Positions 10,795-23,725 of a stretch of 64,000 nucleotides of DNA are shown here, piece by piece (the first letter of the stretch is position 1; each line of letters opens with the position of its first letter). The stretch spans positions 20,336,001-20,400,000 of the forward strand of contig OZ024751.1 of assembly GCA_964016885.1 (NCBI GenBank), written 5' to 3'. The DNA is from Eledone cirrhosa (taxonomy: Eukaryota). The position numbers were made by a program, and so were the translations under genes. Below the pieces are notes generated by a model, which was not told the DNA's origin, did no database searches, and worked only from the letters and a program-made list of their open reading frames with translations.

Positions 10795-11670
10795 GAAAAA
10801 TTAAACGAAATTTCATTTCTCACTCTTAGTACGGCTGTTACTTAAATATAAGTATGTATACGTAATACATATATGTATACAGACGTACAGCAGTATGTAT
10901 ATATATATACATACATGCACACATATATATATGTACGTATGAATTCACCGAACATTTATTATAATGCTCGGTTTGTTTGTAAACAAACATCCCGAATTAA
11001 GCCGTACAGTGTCTAGCAACCATCGTTGCCCTTTTGTTCAACACTAACAAAGGAACGATGTACTAGTTTCAAGCTTATTAGTTCTCGTCAGCACCTTATA
11101 CCTTCCTGCCAGATGATTGAACGTCTGAAAGTATATACTTTCCTTATGCATATTAACGGCTGAGCAGCCTAATTTGCATATCGAGTGAGTTAATCGGCCG
11201 GGCGCACCGAAAACGATAAATGGAAAAAATGAAACGAAATTTCATTTCTCACTCTTAGTACGGTTGTTACTTAAATATAAGTATATATACGTACATACAT
11301 ATATGTATACAGACGTACAGTAGTATGTGCGCCCGGCCGATTAACTCACTCGATATGCAAATTAGGCTAATCATCTGTTAATATGTATAAGGAAAGTATA
11401 TACTTTCAGACGTTGAATCATCTGGCAGGAAGGTATACGGTGCTGACGATAGCTAATAAGCTTGAAGCAAGTACATCGTTCCTTTGTCAGTGTTGAGCAA
11501 AAGGGCAACGATTGTTGCTAAACACTGTACGGCTTAATTCGGGATCTTTGTTTACAAACAAACCGAGCATCATAATAAATGTTCGGTGAACCCATACGTA
11601 CATATATATATGTGTGCATGTATGTATATATATATACATACTGCTGTACGTCTGTATACATATATGTATT
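10792..11670. mobile_element. Retrozyme/Penelope-like non-coding unit of about 429 nt: about 1.25 head-to-tail copies on minus (11326-10792) plus an inverted partial copy on plus (11326-11670)
   Basis: Direct repeat with period 429 (10806 vs 11235). Inverted repeat of about 345 bp (10862-11207 vs 11326-11670). Each long arm has a hammerhead and an ATGCAAAT octamer. Confidence 0.65.
11055..11097 (-). ncRNA. Minimal type I hammerhead ribozyme
   Basis: GGTG-CTGACGA-GAACT aata AGCTT-GAAAC-TA-GTA-CATC, with palindromic stem III ACTAGT. The sister copy at 11437-11479 (+) has 6-bp stem I ACGGTG/CATCGT but reads GAAGC. Confidence 0.65.
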
Positions 11671-11789
11671 CGCTATTGAGCAGCTCAAGGTTCGATCTGC
11701 ATCGATCTGGCCCAACTCTGGAATCAAAAGCTCGTCGGTCCTCTGTGTGTGTGTGTGTGTGTGTGCGTGTGCGTGTGTGTGTCGACTGC

Positions 11790-12058
11790 CATAGAAAAAA
11801 GATCAAGTTATTCAGCCGTCCCCTGTATCACAAAAGAGAGAAAACATTTCGAGGGAATTTTTTGAATATTTTTTAGAAGTGTTTTTATATTATTTAAGTT
11901 TTAAGAGTTTTTTTAATACCATTTGACGAGCTCAGGCTATCGGAATTTGTAGAATGAAAACTAACTAGCTGCAGAGCTCAGTGAAATAGGTATCATGGAT
12001 ATAAAAAATAAACCTAAATACAATTGCATATGGCTCTCGATCCATTTACTACCTAATA

Positions 12059-12062
<4 letters not shown>
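11790..12062 (+). mobile_element. 5'-truncated Penelope-like end with degenerate hammerhead (11919-11998), AATAAA and (TA)n tail
   Basis: CCAT-TTGACGA-GCTC..GAGC..-GAAAT-AGGT-ATC-ATGG. Upstream residual codons resemble the PLE C-terminal KRSEL.S.C.H motif only after allowing frameshifts. Confidence 0.45.
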
Positions 12063-12109
<47 letters not shown>

Positions 12110-12110
<1 letters not shown>

Positions 12111-12338
12111 GGCTGACTAAATATGCATGGGTGCCCCTCCCCCCCTTTTATTTTCTTCTCAATATTCTCCGTTCTCACTCATTATCTTTCTATTTACCTT
12201 CTATTTCTAACTCTATCTTTTGATGAAGGACTAATGTCCGAAACGTTAAGGAACTCTTCTTGCTATTTCAAGCGTTAAACTAACATTTTTCTTCAACGTA
12301 CTATCTTGCTGGCTTTCTTATTTCTGTTTACCTTTAAC

Positions 12339-12341
<3 letters not shown>
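12110..12341 (+). mobile_element. Penelope-like 3' UTR with minimal hammerhead TTGATGA-A-GGAC taat GTCC-GAAACGTT (12216-12251)
   Basis: Typical PLE tgatgaagg..ccgaaacgtt signature, flanked by (TA)n. Related copy at about 47955-48130 and fragments at 16140-16250, 16525-16630 and 16662-16695. Confidence 0.55.
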
Positions 12342-12392
<51 letters not shown>

Positions 12393-12644
12393 AACCTGTC
12401 TTAATCTAAAGATTAAGTAGAGCAGCCATACATTAAAGGATTCAATACATGTTCTGTAGAGTAATAAATGTAATATCTTCTTTAGTGTTTTAAAGAAGTA
12501 CTTTAGTTGTAAATCATTTTTAAGATAAAATAGATTTGAAACATAAGTACTTCTCAAGAACGTACATACATACATATATACACGTTTGCTAACAGGGAAA
12601 ACAGACGTTAAATGATGATGATGATATATAATATATATATACAC

Positions 12645-12675
<31 letters not shown>

Positions 12676-12687
12676 AGTATGTGTACG

Positions 12688-12718
<31 letters not shown>

Positions 12719-12823
12719 GTATGTATATAAAAAAACGTATACTTAAATATGCATACATTTTCATACACGCAAACACACAAACACCTGTACGTGATTGTAT
12801 GTGTCTTTGTATGTGTGTAGATG

Positions 12824-12886
<63 letters not shown>

Positions 12887-12981
12887 TATTCAATTTCATA
12901 ATATATCATCTTTCTACGAGATAGTGTAATAAACAAGATAATTGTTATTGGGGATATGATAAATTATGTCTTTATGTTGAT

Positions 12982-13074
<93 letters not shown>

Positions 13075-13109
13075 GTAAGGTGTAATAAAATATACATCAA
13101 AATATATAA

Positions 13110-13775
13110 CTCGTCTGTGTATGTATGTGTGAATATATGTGTAAGTATGCAAGTGTATGTATGTATGAATGTATATTTATGCATGTATGTATATGTATGT
13201 ATGTATGCATATGTATCTATGTATGTATGTATGTAAATATGTATGCATGTATGTATGCATATGTATCTATGTATGTATGTAAATATGTATGCATGTGTGT
13301 GTATGTATGTATGCATATGTATCTATGTATGTATGTAAATATGTATGCATGTGTGTGTATGTATGTATGCATATGTATCTATGTATGTATGTATGTAAAT
13401 ATGTATGCATGTATGTATGCATATGTATCTATGTATGTATGTATGTAAATATGTATGCATGTGTGTGTATGTATGTATGCATATGTATCTATGTATGTAT
13501 GTATGTAAATATGTATGCATGTGTGTGTATGTATGTATGCATATGTATCTATGTATGTATGTATGTAAATATGTATGCATGTGTGTGTATGTATGTATGC
13601 ATATGTATCTATGTATGTATGTATGTATGTAAATATGTATGCATGTGTGTGTGTATGTATGTATGCATATGTATCTATGTATGTATGTATGTAAATATGT
13701 ATGCATGTGTGTGTATGTATGTATGCATATGTATCTATGTATGTATGTAAATATGTATGCATGTGTGTGTATGTC
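13110..13775. repeat. (TATG)n-derived higher-order repeat of about 56-60 bp
   Basis: Lines 13441-13620 repeat with period 60. Confidence 0.85.
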
Positions 13776-14049
13776 AAAGACTCGCTGTTGCAGTTCAGTC
13801 TCGACCTTCACAACTGGGAAGTAAAGGGTGGTGACAGAAAAATGTAGAGGAAACAAAATACATGAAAAATGTCGCACGTTCTATGCAAAGTCAATAAGCC
13901 ATTAACGAGGTCACAGAATGTGTGATGAAAGAGCTTTGGCAAAATAACCAATAACTAATAATAATAAATCTGAAGTGAAAGTTAAATAGTGTTAGTGCGT
14001 TGCTATTGGCAATATTGGCAGAAAGGCCATCGCCAAATATAACAACATA

Positions 14050-14086
<37 letters not shown>

Positions 14087-14087
14087 A

Positions 14088-14763
14088 CGAGGTGGTATCA
14101 ATAAGTTCCCTAATATATTTACCTAAGTTTTAACATCATCACCTTTGCGCAGCAATACCCCAGTTCCAGTCCTGCCACATTTGGGAATCCAGCCTGGAAG
14201 TTTTTTGCCGTAAGTGAGTCGAGGCCCTTCTGCGATTCACTCTGGGTCCCGGCACCGAGCATTTTCAGCTTGGAGAAGAGATGGATGTCCGTTGGTGCTA
14301 AATCTGGGAAATAGGGTGAGTATGGAAGCGATAGAATGTTGTTTTTTGGCGAGAAACTCACGAGTGGGATAAGCTCTGTGACATGATACATTATCATCAT
14401 GAAGAATATAATTCTTTGCGCTCCACAGTACCGGTCACTTTCGCCGAACTTCCTTCCTCAAACGCCTCAAAATGTCGCAGTAGAACTCTCTATTGACGAT
14501 GATCATTTTCTTGAAGCCGCCATGCAACTCGAAAAATCGCATACGACCCATTGCCTTGCTGCTATAAGCTTGCCGAAGCATGCTCAATATCTCTCTAGCA
14601 GACTTTCACGTTAGCTCTTTGCCCCAACTTCCTGTTCATGACAAAATCGCAAGCTACAGCATACACGTGATCACAAAAACACAAATTTCACAACTTGTAA
14701 AGTAAACATGGCGGTATCGCTCGACTCACTGGCGCGTGACGGAAACTTTTTGATACCACCTCA
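14088..14763 (-). mobile_element. Internally deleted mariner transposon
   Basis: TIRs YGAGGTGGTATCAAWAAGTT. Remnants of the transposase N-terminus (QRANVK.C..MLRQAY) and a YSPDLAP-like motif (YFPDLAPTDIHLFSKLK). Confidence 0.85.
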
Positions 14764-15106
14764 TATATATATATACATCCCCCCCCCCCCCCCCACACAC
14801 ACACACTCTCTCAAGAGCGTGAAACTAATAAACCTTTGTTCGTACTGCCTCTCTGTTTTGTTCCCGTTCCATTTTTCACTATATATATATTGTGTTATAT
14901 TTGGGGAGGGTCATATTGTTATAATATTGCCAGAAATAATAATATAACACACTCACTGTTTGATTTGGATTGGTTTTCGCTTCTGTATCTTTTATATCTC
15001 CATAATTAATTTATCTGGCAATCAATGTTTATCATTGATTGACCAACGGTTAAAAATACAGATATAAATATATATATATATATATAGTCTATCAAAGTTC
15101 TTTCGT

Positions 15107-15816
<710 letters not shown>

Positions 15817-16064
15817 TGTAGTAGTTTGCTTGAAGCATTGTGGATAATGAAAGTGGAAAGTGTTTACTTTTACGAAGCCGTATAATGCAAGTGGGTTATA
15901 GAATTACCAAAGCAACAAGTCGGAAGGGAATTTAAAGAGGTGGGGGTAGAAAGTTTTGCTTCCCCACACGTCTTTAAATTCCCTTCCGACTTGTTGCCGT
16001 TGTAATTCTATAACCCACTTGCATTGTACGGCTTCCTAAACATAAATATTTCTCAATTATATAT

Positions 16065-16143
<79 letters not shown>

Positions 16144-16247
16144 AGTAAACGATTTCTCTCCGAAACGTTGAACCCTGCTCCACTTCCTCCAACCTAATAT
16201 AGCTGTGTATTTTGCATTTCTGTGTTTGATTTGTTTTGATCATTTAT

Positions 16248-16308
<61 letters not shown>

Positions 16309-16310
<2 letters not shown>

Positions 16311-16472
16311 CAAAGGAATTGTGGTAAGGAACCAGATGGACCATAACGCACCAGAGTACTCAATGGGAAATAGGAAAAAGTATGACCCCGACGGCAGAGC
16401 TCTAGCCGTTTCGACGGCTATTTCTATAGCCGTCGAAACGGCTAGAGCTCTGCCGTCAGGGTCATACTTTTT

Positions 16473-16474
<2 letters not shown>
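16309..16474 (-). mobile_element. Same Penelope-like end family with terminal palindrome, (TA)n on both sides
   Basis: Palindrome 16370-16476. GAAAC-GGC-TAGAGCTCT-GCC-GTC hammerhead 3' half. Confidence 0.55.
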
Positions 16475-16527
<53 letters not shown>

Positions 16528-16627
16528 AGCAACCCCCAGCAGACAACTGATGAAGGAAAACTTTCTCCCGTTCATGCTTTCTTCTTTTAAGTATACCTTA
16601 CTCCGCAACTACACAGCCCCTCTCTTC

Positions 16628-16665
<38 letters not shown>

Positions 16666-16974
16666 TAAAATTAGTCCTTCATCAGTGATCTTCCAACCTT
16701 CATTGGTATTTCATCGCTTTAAAAATTATATATCTGTGGTTGGTGCGAGCAATAACTAAATGCAGTTATTGGGACAAGTAAAATAGGGGGAAGCAAGCGA
16801 GACCTCGCTCGCTTCCCCCTATTTTACTTGTGATATGACTACACTGTAAAAATGTGTCCTTTTTTTGGTGACGGTGGGGAGGGGCTGGCATCTGTAGACT
16901 GTCCTTTGATGAGAAGTGTGTAGTTAGTTATACACAATTTAATACCTAACAATTATGAGCTGAATACTTTAACC

Positions 16975-18894
16975 CAGTGGTGTGCAACATATTCCATTGG
17001 CGGGCCACTTTTGAACATAGGAACAACTATGTATCTATCTAGGGCGAGTAAAATTCCCGAGATCCATGGACGAGTTCTCTCTAGCAGTCTCTGTCCCTCA
17101 ACAACTATTAGGGCCATTAATATTTATTAAGAACTATTCCAAAGATTCACCAAAACTTCTTTCCATAACATGGAACTGGGAAATTATAACATACAACCCT
17201 ATCAGTGAAGCCCTTTAGTATAGGTCAAATGAGAAATTATAACACACATAACCCTATCAGTGAAGCCCTTTAGTATAGGTCAAATGAGAAATTATAACAC
17301 ACATAACCCTATCAGTGAAGCCCTTTAGTATAGGTCAATTGAGAAATTATAACACACATAACCCTATCAGTGAAGCCCTTTAGTATAGGTCAAATGAGAA
17401 ATTATAACACACATAACCCTATCAGTGAAGCCCTTTAGTATAGGTCAAATGAGAAATTATAACACACATAACCCTATCAGTGAAGCCCTTTAGTATAGGT
17501 CAAATGGGAAATTATAACACACATAACCCTATCAGTGAAGCCCTTTAGTATAGGTCAAATGAGAAATTATAACACATATAACACTATCAGTGAAGCCCTT
17601 TAGTTTAGGTCAAATGAGAAATTATAACACGCATAACCCTATCAGTGAAGCCCTTTAGTATAGGTCAACTGGGCAATTATAACACACATAACCCTATCAG
17701 TGAATCCCTTTAGTATAGGTCAAATGAGAAATTATAACACACATAACCCTATCAGTGAAGCCCTTTAGTATAGGTCAACTGGGCAATTATAACACACATA
17801 ACCCTATCACTGAAGCCCTTTAGTATAGGTCAAATGAAAAATTATAACACACATAACCCTATCAGTGAAGCCCTTTAGTATAGGTCAAATGAGAAATTAT
17901 AACACACATAACCCTATCAGTGAAGCCCTTTAGTATAGGTCAAATGAGAAATTATAACACACATAACCCTATCAGTGAAGCCCTTTAGTATAGGTCAAAT
18001 GAGAAATTATAACACACATAACCCTATCAGTGAAGCCCTTTATTTTAGGTCAAATGAGAAATTATAACACACATAACCCTATCACTGAAGCCCTTTAGTA
18101 TAGGTCAAATGAGAAATTATAACACACATAACCCTATCAGTGAAGCCCTTTAGTATAGGTCAAATGGGAAATTATAACACACATAACCCTATCACTGAAG
18201 CCCTTTAGTTTAGGTCAATTGGGAAATTATAACACACATAACCCTATCAGTGAAGCCCTTTAGTATAGGTCAAATGAGAAATTATAACACACATAACCCT
18301 ATCAGTGAAGCCCTTTAGTATAGGTCAAATGAGAAATTATAACACACATAACCCTATCAGTGAAGCCCTTTAGTATAGGTCAAATGAGAAATTATAACAC
18401 ACATAACCCTATCAGTGAAGCCCTTTAGTATAGGTCAAATGAGAAATTATAACACACATAACCCTATCAGTGAAGCCCTTTATTATAGGTCAATTGAGAA
18501 ATTATAACACATATAACCCTATCAGTGAAGCCCTTTAGTATAGGTCAAATGAGAAATTATAACACACATAACCCCATCAGTGAAGCCCTTTATTATAGGT
18601 CAAATGGGAAATTATAACACACATAACCCTATCAGTGAAGCCCTTTAGTTTAGGTCAAATGAGAAATTATAACACACATAACCCCATCAGTGAAGCCCTT
18701 TATTATAGGTCAAATGGGAAATTATAACACACATAACCCTATCAGTGAAGCCCTTTAGTTTAGGTCAACTAACAGAAAATTGTTCTGAAAACGGTTCCGA
18801 AAAAAATTCTAGATAAGCCTAAAAGGTAAAAATTAAAAACGGCCATTGCGGACCACTCTGACTGGTCTGGCGGGCCGACTGTTGCACGCCCCTG
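16975..18894. mobile_element. Non-autonomous hAT (Charlie-like) element carrying an internal 55-bp tandem array
   Basis: TIRs CAGTGGTGTGCAACA / CAGGGGCGTGCAACA. Degenerate 8-bp TSD ctttaacc/ctctaact. Subterminal GGCGGGCC motifs. Confidence 0.7.
17178..18770 (+). repeat. 55-bp tandem repeat, about 29 highly similar copies
   Basis: Unit gagaaattataacacacataaccctatcagtgaagccctttagtataggtcaaat, period 55 (17231, 17286, ...). Confidence 0.95.
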
Positions 18895-18908
18895 CTCTAA
18901 CTACTAAA

Positions 18909-19102
18909 CAGACCTGTCAACTCTCTCCGTCCAACAGTGAGATTTCCACCCACTTTGGAGTGGCTCAGAATTGTCTTCTTTTGTGAAAATGGGTCTCACT
19001 TACATTATGTAAAATCTCCCCATTTTGCCTCATTTCTTCCAGTTTTGGGGCACTTTTTTTCCTGGTACTCCCCGTTTGGGTTTGTAGAAGTTGGCAGGTC
19101 TG
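18909..19102. mobile_element. MITE with TIR CAGACCTGYCAACT and apparent 6-bp TSD ACTAAA
   Basis: 14-bp TIRs with one mismatch. ACTAAA directly flanks both ends. Confidence 0.7.
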
Positions 19103-19731
19103 ACTAAACGTGCCTTCACAATTTACTGACTAATTAGCTAAGATATTTTGACTAAAATGATTAGCTATAATAGTGACTCTATGTTGTGTTATTATGTATT
19201 ACCTGGGTGACTAATTCTGGTCAACAAAAACAGGGAAAATACCAGGATTTTAAATTACTTGAAACTGATTTAAATATATATATATATATCACCATCATCA
19301 TCGTTTAACGTCTATCTTCCACGCTAGCATGGGTTTAGACGGGAATTGTCCCACTTGAGGCAAGATTGGTTGGATTGACCGTGTCTCACCCGTATAGGAC
19401 TGTCTGGCAGGTTTTCTACGGCTGAATGCCCTTCCTAACACCAACCACGTTTACAGTGTGGACTGGGAGGTTTTTACCGTGTTACCTACATGGCCACATT
19501 ACAGCATGGACTGTGTGTTTTTTTGTCGTGACACCTACACGACCTCATTTATTATGGACTGGATGTTGTGGTACCAACATAACTTTACAGAGAGAGAGAG
19601 AGGGGGCGGTGTTGGTGGGAGTGGGGGTGGAGTAGGGGTAGTGGGATGGGAGTGTATATTTGGTTAAGAGGTGCCTACTGACTGTAGGTTTCGCTATGTA
19701 CATAGGCAAGGCGTGTCTTCTGTATTACTGC

Positions 19732-19779
<48 letters not shown>

Positions 19780-20073
19780 AGTGGAGGTGGGCTGAGTGTA
19801 ATCTTTGAACATAGATTAGATAATTAGGACACTTGATCTCTTAAATCTTTGTCTATATGTTATGTTATATTTTGTCATTATTGTTTAGCTGCACGTCAAT
19901 TCCACGTGAACCATTGAGTGTAGGAAAGTCTAGCCATGACCATCCTGTCAATTTAGGAACTAGAATATCTATGACTAATCTATCTAAATTGTCCTTATCC
20001 TATTGTTGAGGTACCTGTGACATGCTTATAGCTTAACTTTTTCATTGCCATATTTCTAATAAAATACACTGTA

Positions 20074-20267
20074 CAAGAGTTAGCTGAAAAATTTATAGGC
20101 AGACCATGATACTCTCATGGAATGACCAGATGAGGTTTATTTTTCAACACAGTCCCTGGCAGGAAACAATGTAGTTATTAATAAGAAGGTTTAAAATTAA
20201 GGCATCCAGGATTTCACAGCCCTAGCATCACTCTTTCATAGTCAATTAACTTTTCAGCCGGCCCTCG
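20074..20267. mobile_element. Mariner-derived MITE (second copy, inverted, at 35847-36032 in a sestrin intron)
   Basis: TA-flanked degenerate TIRs CGAGGGCCGGCTGAAAAGTT. Internal sequence shared between the two copies. Confidence 0.65.
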
Positions 20268-20825
20268 TATTTCAATTAATCAATAAAGGTATTTGGAGGG
20301 ATTTGCTAAAATTATTGATTATTTTATTGTATGTCACTACAGCACCTCTATGACTCCATCAAGCGTTACAGAACCATACCATGTGTGTGTGTGTGTAAGT
20401 TTTTGTCTCTGTTTTATGTCCCGTAACTTAGCGGTTGATAAAAAAGAGATCGATAAAATAAGTACCAGACTTGAAAACTAAGTAGCTAGCATTGATATGA
20501 TTGACTAAATCAAGGTGGAGTCCAAGCATAGCTGCAGTCTAATGACTAAAACATGTCAAAGAATACACCCAAGCACACACGCATTTTTTCAGATAGTCTG
20601 ATGCTAGTGTAAGACATAAAGGAAAAAAACAAAAGTTTCTTAATCTATTCCCAGTATTTTTGTCTCTCTCTCTCTCTCTCTCTCTCGAGAGAGAGAGAGA
20701 GAGAGAGAGAGAGATATTCCCAGTAGTTTTGTTTAGCACCCCCCACATATATATATATATGAAATCAAATAGGTGGGAGATGGCTCTATATATATATATA
20801 TATATATATATAGTGAGAGAGAGCC

Positions 20826-20864
<39 letters not shown>

Positions 20865-21538
20865 AACACAATATATAGACATATATATGGTGATGATGAT
20901 GATATGTCTAGCCATCACCCACCCCTAAAGAAACCAAAAACAATCTGGCAATGAAAACAACTATATATATATATATCTGTACAATCCAGAACCTCTAAAC
21001 AACACCTTGCCCCAAGCAGTAACCCTCCACCCCCAGCCCTTAACCTAACCAATCCTCAACCCAGCCATACTGCAGCCCTTAACCCAACCTCCAGTCCTTA
21101 ACCTACCTCACTATACCCACCAACACCACCATCTGACAACCCACCAGCCAGCCATCAGCTGACATCTTTTTCTGACACCCAACAGATTTCAGATCAAATT
21201 ACAACAGGCCAGTGTGTGGAGAGAGTATGGAGAGAGAAAGGGGTGGTAGTGGTGTTGTTGGAGCCTGGGGGGGGGGGGGTGCTGATGGTGCTAGTGGTGA
21301 TGGTGGTGGCAAGAAAATATAGGTTAAAACTTGCAGACAAAATTAGTTATACTTGAAAGGGAACAATAGGAAAGTTAAGGGAAAGTTTTATGTTGTTTTA
21401 TGCTATTTTATGTTATTTATGTTAATCAGTTACCCAGAAGGAAGTGTCCATAGCAGAGCCCCTCCAAGAGTAGTGGGAGTAGGGAGGGAGGGAAATAAGT
21501 AAGGAGGCTCCTAGGTTATTTCCTACTACTCCTGAAGA

Positions 21539-22262
21539 CCTAGCCTAAATGTTTACCACACAACAGACCCACCCAATCAGGTGGTGGTGTTAAAAATGGC
21601 TGTGAAAACCTAGCCTAAATGTTTACCACACAACAGACCCCAACAATCAGGTGGTGGTGTTAAAAATGGCTGTGAAAACCTAGCCTAAATGTTTACCACA
21701 CAACAGACCCCAACAATCAGGTGGTGGTGTTAAAAATGGCAGTGAAAACCTAGCCTAAATGTTTACTACACAACAAACCCAATCAGGTGGTGGTGTTAAA
21801 AATGGCAGTGAAAACCTAGCCTAAATGTTTACTACACAACAAACCCAATCAGGTGGTGGTGTTAAAAATGGCAGTGAAAACCTAGCCTAAATGTTTACTA
21901 CACAACAAACCCAATCAGGTGGTGGTGTTAAAAATGGCAGTGAAAACCTAGTCTAAATGTTTACCACACAACCGACCCCAACAATCAGGTGGTGGTGTTA
22001 AAAATGGCAGTGAAAACCTAGCCTAAATGTTTACTACACAACAGACAGTCAGGTTGTGGTGTTAAAAATGGCTGTGAAGACTTGGCCTAAATGTCTACAC
22101 AAAGGGCTGTGAAAACCTCGCCTAAATGTTTACTACACAAAGGTCGGGTGGTGGTGTTAAACATGGCTGTGAGACCTGGTCTACATGTTTGGAACACAAC
22201 AGTCAGGTGGTGGTGTTAAACAAGGTTGTAAAGACCTGGTCTAAATGTTTACTACACAACAG
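21539..22262 (+). repeat. 66-70-bp minisatellite, about 11 copies
   Basis: Period 70 (21541, 21611, 21681, 21751), then 66, decaying to the right. Confidence 0.9.
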
Positions 22263-23647
22263 ATCTTAAAATGCTCTAGAAACACCTTATATCAATAGTG
22301 GCCCTATGTATGGGACCATACTTACACAGTACAACATCCATATCTTTTATTAGTACAATATAATGTATGAGACTATTTATTGTTCAGTATACTTTGTAGA
22401 GACAGCAAATTGGTAGAGCCATTAGAACACTGGGTGGAATGCTTTGCTCTCAGAGTTCAGATCATGCCAAGGTCAACTTTGTATTTTATCCATTCAAGGT
22501 CGATAAAAAAAAAGTATTAATCAATTCTACCGCTATATCTCTATCTCAATTCTATTCTCTCACTCTCTATCTGAGGAAATCAGCTGTATTCAGACCTGGA
22601 ATCTGCCAGGTTAAATAAAATACAAATAGAAATAGAAATGCCTTATGTGAAAATGTCTCTACTCCCTTGGGAGTTAGGGTTACAAAGAAATAAAGAATAC
22701 TCTGTACTTCACTGGGATTGTCAGGTAATCTGTTATTTCACTATTGATCTGTTAACCTTTTGAACACTGAACCAAGCCTTCCTTATATTGTGGTGTAGTT
22801 ATTCATTGCTGATTGTAGTCCTCATTGGTTAAAGTAGCCCTTTTCTACTGCACTTCGATCATGCTGGGGTCACATAACATTTGGCTGATGTCCACATAGG
22901 TTAAAGTGACTTTTCTCTACCAGTTACTGTCCTATCATGGTGGGTGGGTTCACGTTGTGCCACTTGACTCATGACCACAGAAACAATGCAACCCTTTTCT
23001 ACAAGCTTGTATCCTTCGATGATGAGCTCACCTTGTGCCATGTGGCTGATGAGAGAACTTCAGTCTTCGCTGGTGTTACAATATTGGAAGTCACACTTTA
23101 TGGCAGCACTTCCAAAGGATGACCCCTCCCACTGGCCTCTGCACCATGGGACACAAGAGCACAAATATCAGCAAACAATATGTAGTCATAACACTTGAAA
23201 CAGTTTAACATCAGGTGTTACCTGTATGTAATTACACACCTGTTGAATTGTTGGATACCTCCTCAAACATTGCTGACAGTGTGAGAACAATAGTCTCTAA
23301 TTTAGGCACAAGGCCAGTAATTTGCAGCTCTATCCACTCGGGATGAAATGGTCCTTGACTATGAGCCTCCCAGAGGAGGGTGGTGGACTGTTCGCTATCT
23401 TGACTATCATTGTCCTTCCTGAACTTGACCAGTATCCTTCCAGTACTGTCCGGAGGCCCAATCTCATTTTTGATCCACTGTACCTCTATCCTCCAGCCAC
23501 AGGTCGAAATGGCCCTTTTGTATCATCCTTGAGTTTGAGATTAAAAGGGTGGCGGACAGTTTTTTTTATCTTGGCTGGCATTGTCCTTCTTGAACTTGAC
23601 CAGCACTGGCTGGAGGCCAAACATTAAGGAGGAAGGGCATAGGCAAA

Positions 23648-23658
<11 letters not shown>

Positions 23659-23688
<30 letters not shown>

Positions 23689-23725
23689 ACAAAACAATCA
23701 CAAGTTAAGTTTTTCTCTCTTTATT
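23659..23725 (-). terminator. Candidate sestrin polyadenylation site: AATAAA (23725-23720) followed by a GU/U-rich downstream element
   Basis: Minus strand reads AATAAAgagagaaaaacttaacTTGTGATTGTTTTGTCC(T)n. It sits at the end of a long U-rich, TE-poor stretch that starts at the stop codon. Confidence 0.45.

Noticed and set aside
17178-18770. CRISPR-like regular array
   Set aside because: Units are contiguous near-identical 55-mers with no unique spacers, in a eukaryotic context with no cas genes.
22700-23630. Second protein-coding gene in the GC-richer island
   Set aside because: Only short ORFs and no consistent exon chain. Faint resemblance to a decayed RTE LINE 3' end on the minus strand.
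23659-23686. Poly(A) tail of a plus-strand retrocopy
   Set aside because: No recognisable retrocopy body or TSD. It fits better as the U-rich downstream element of the minus-strand poly(A) site.
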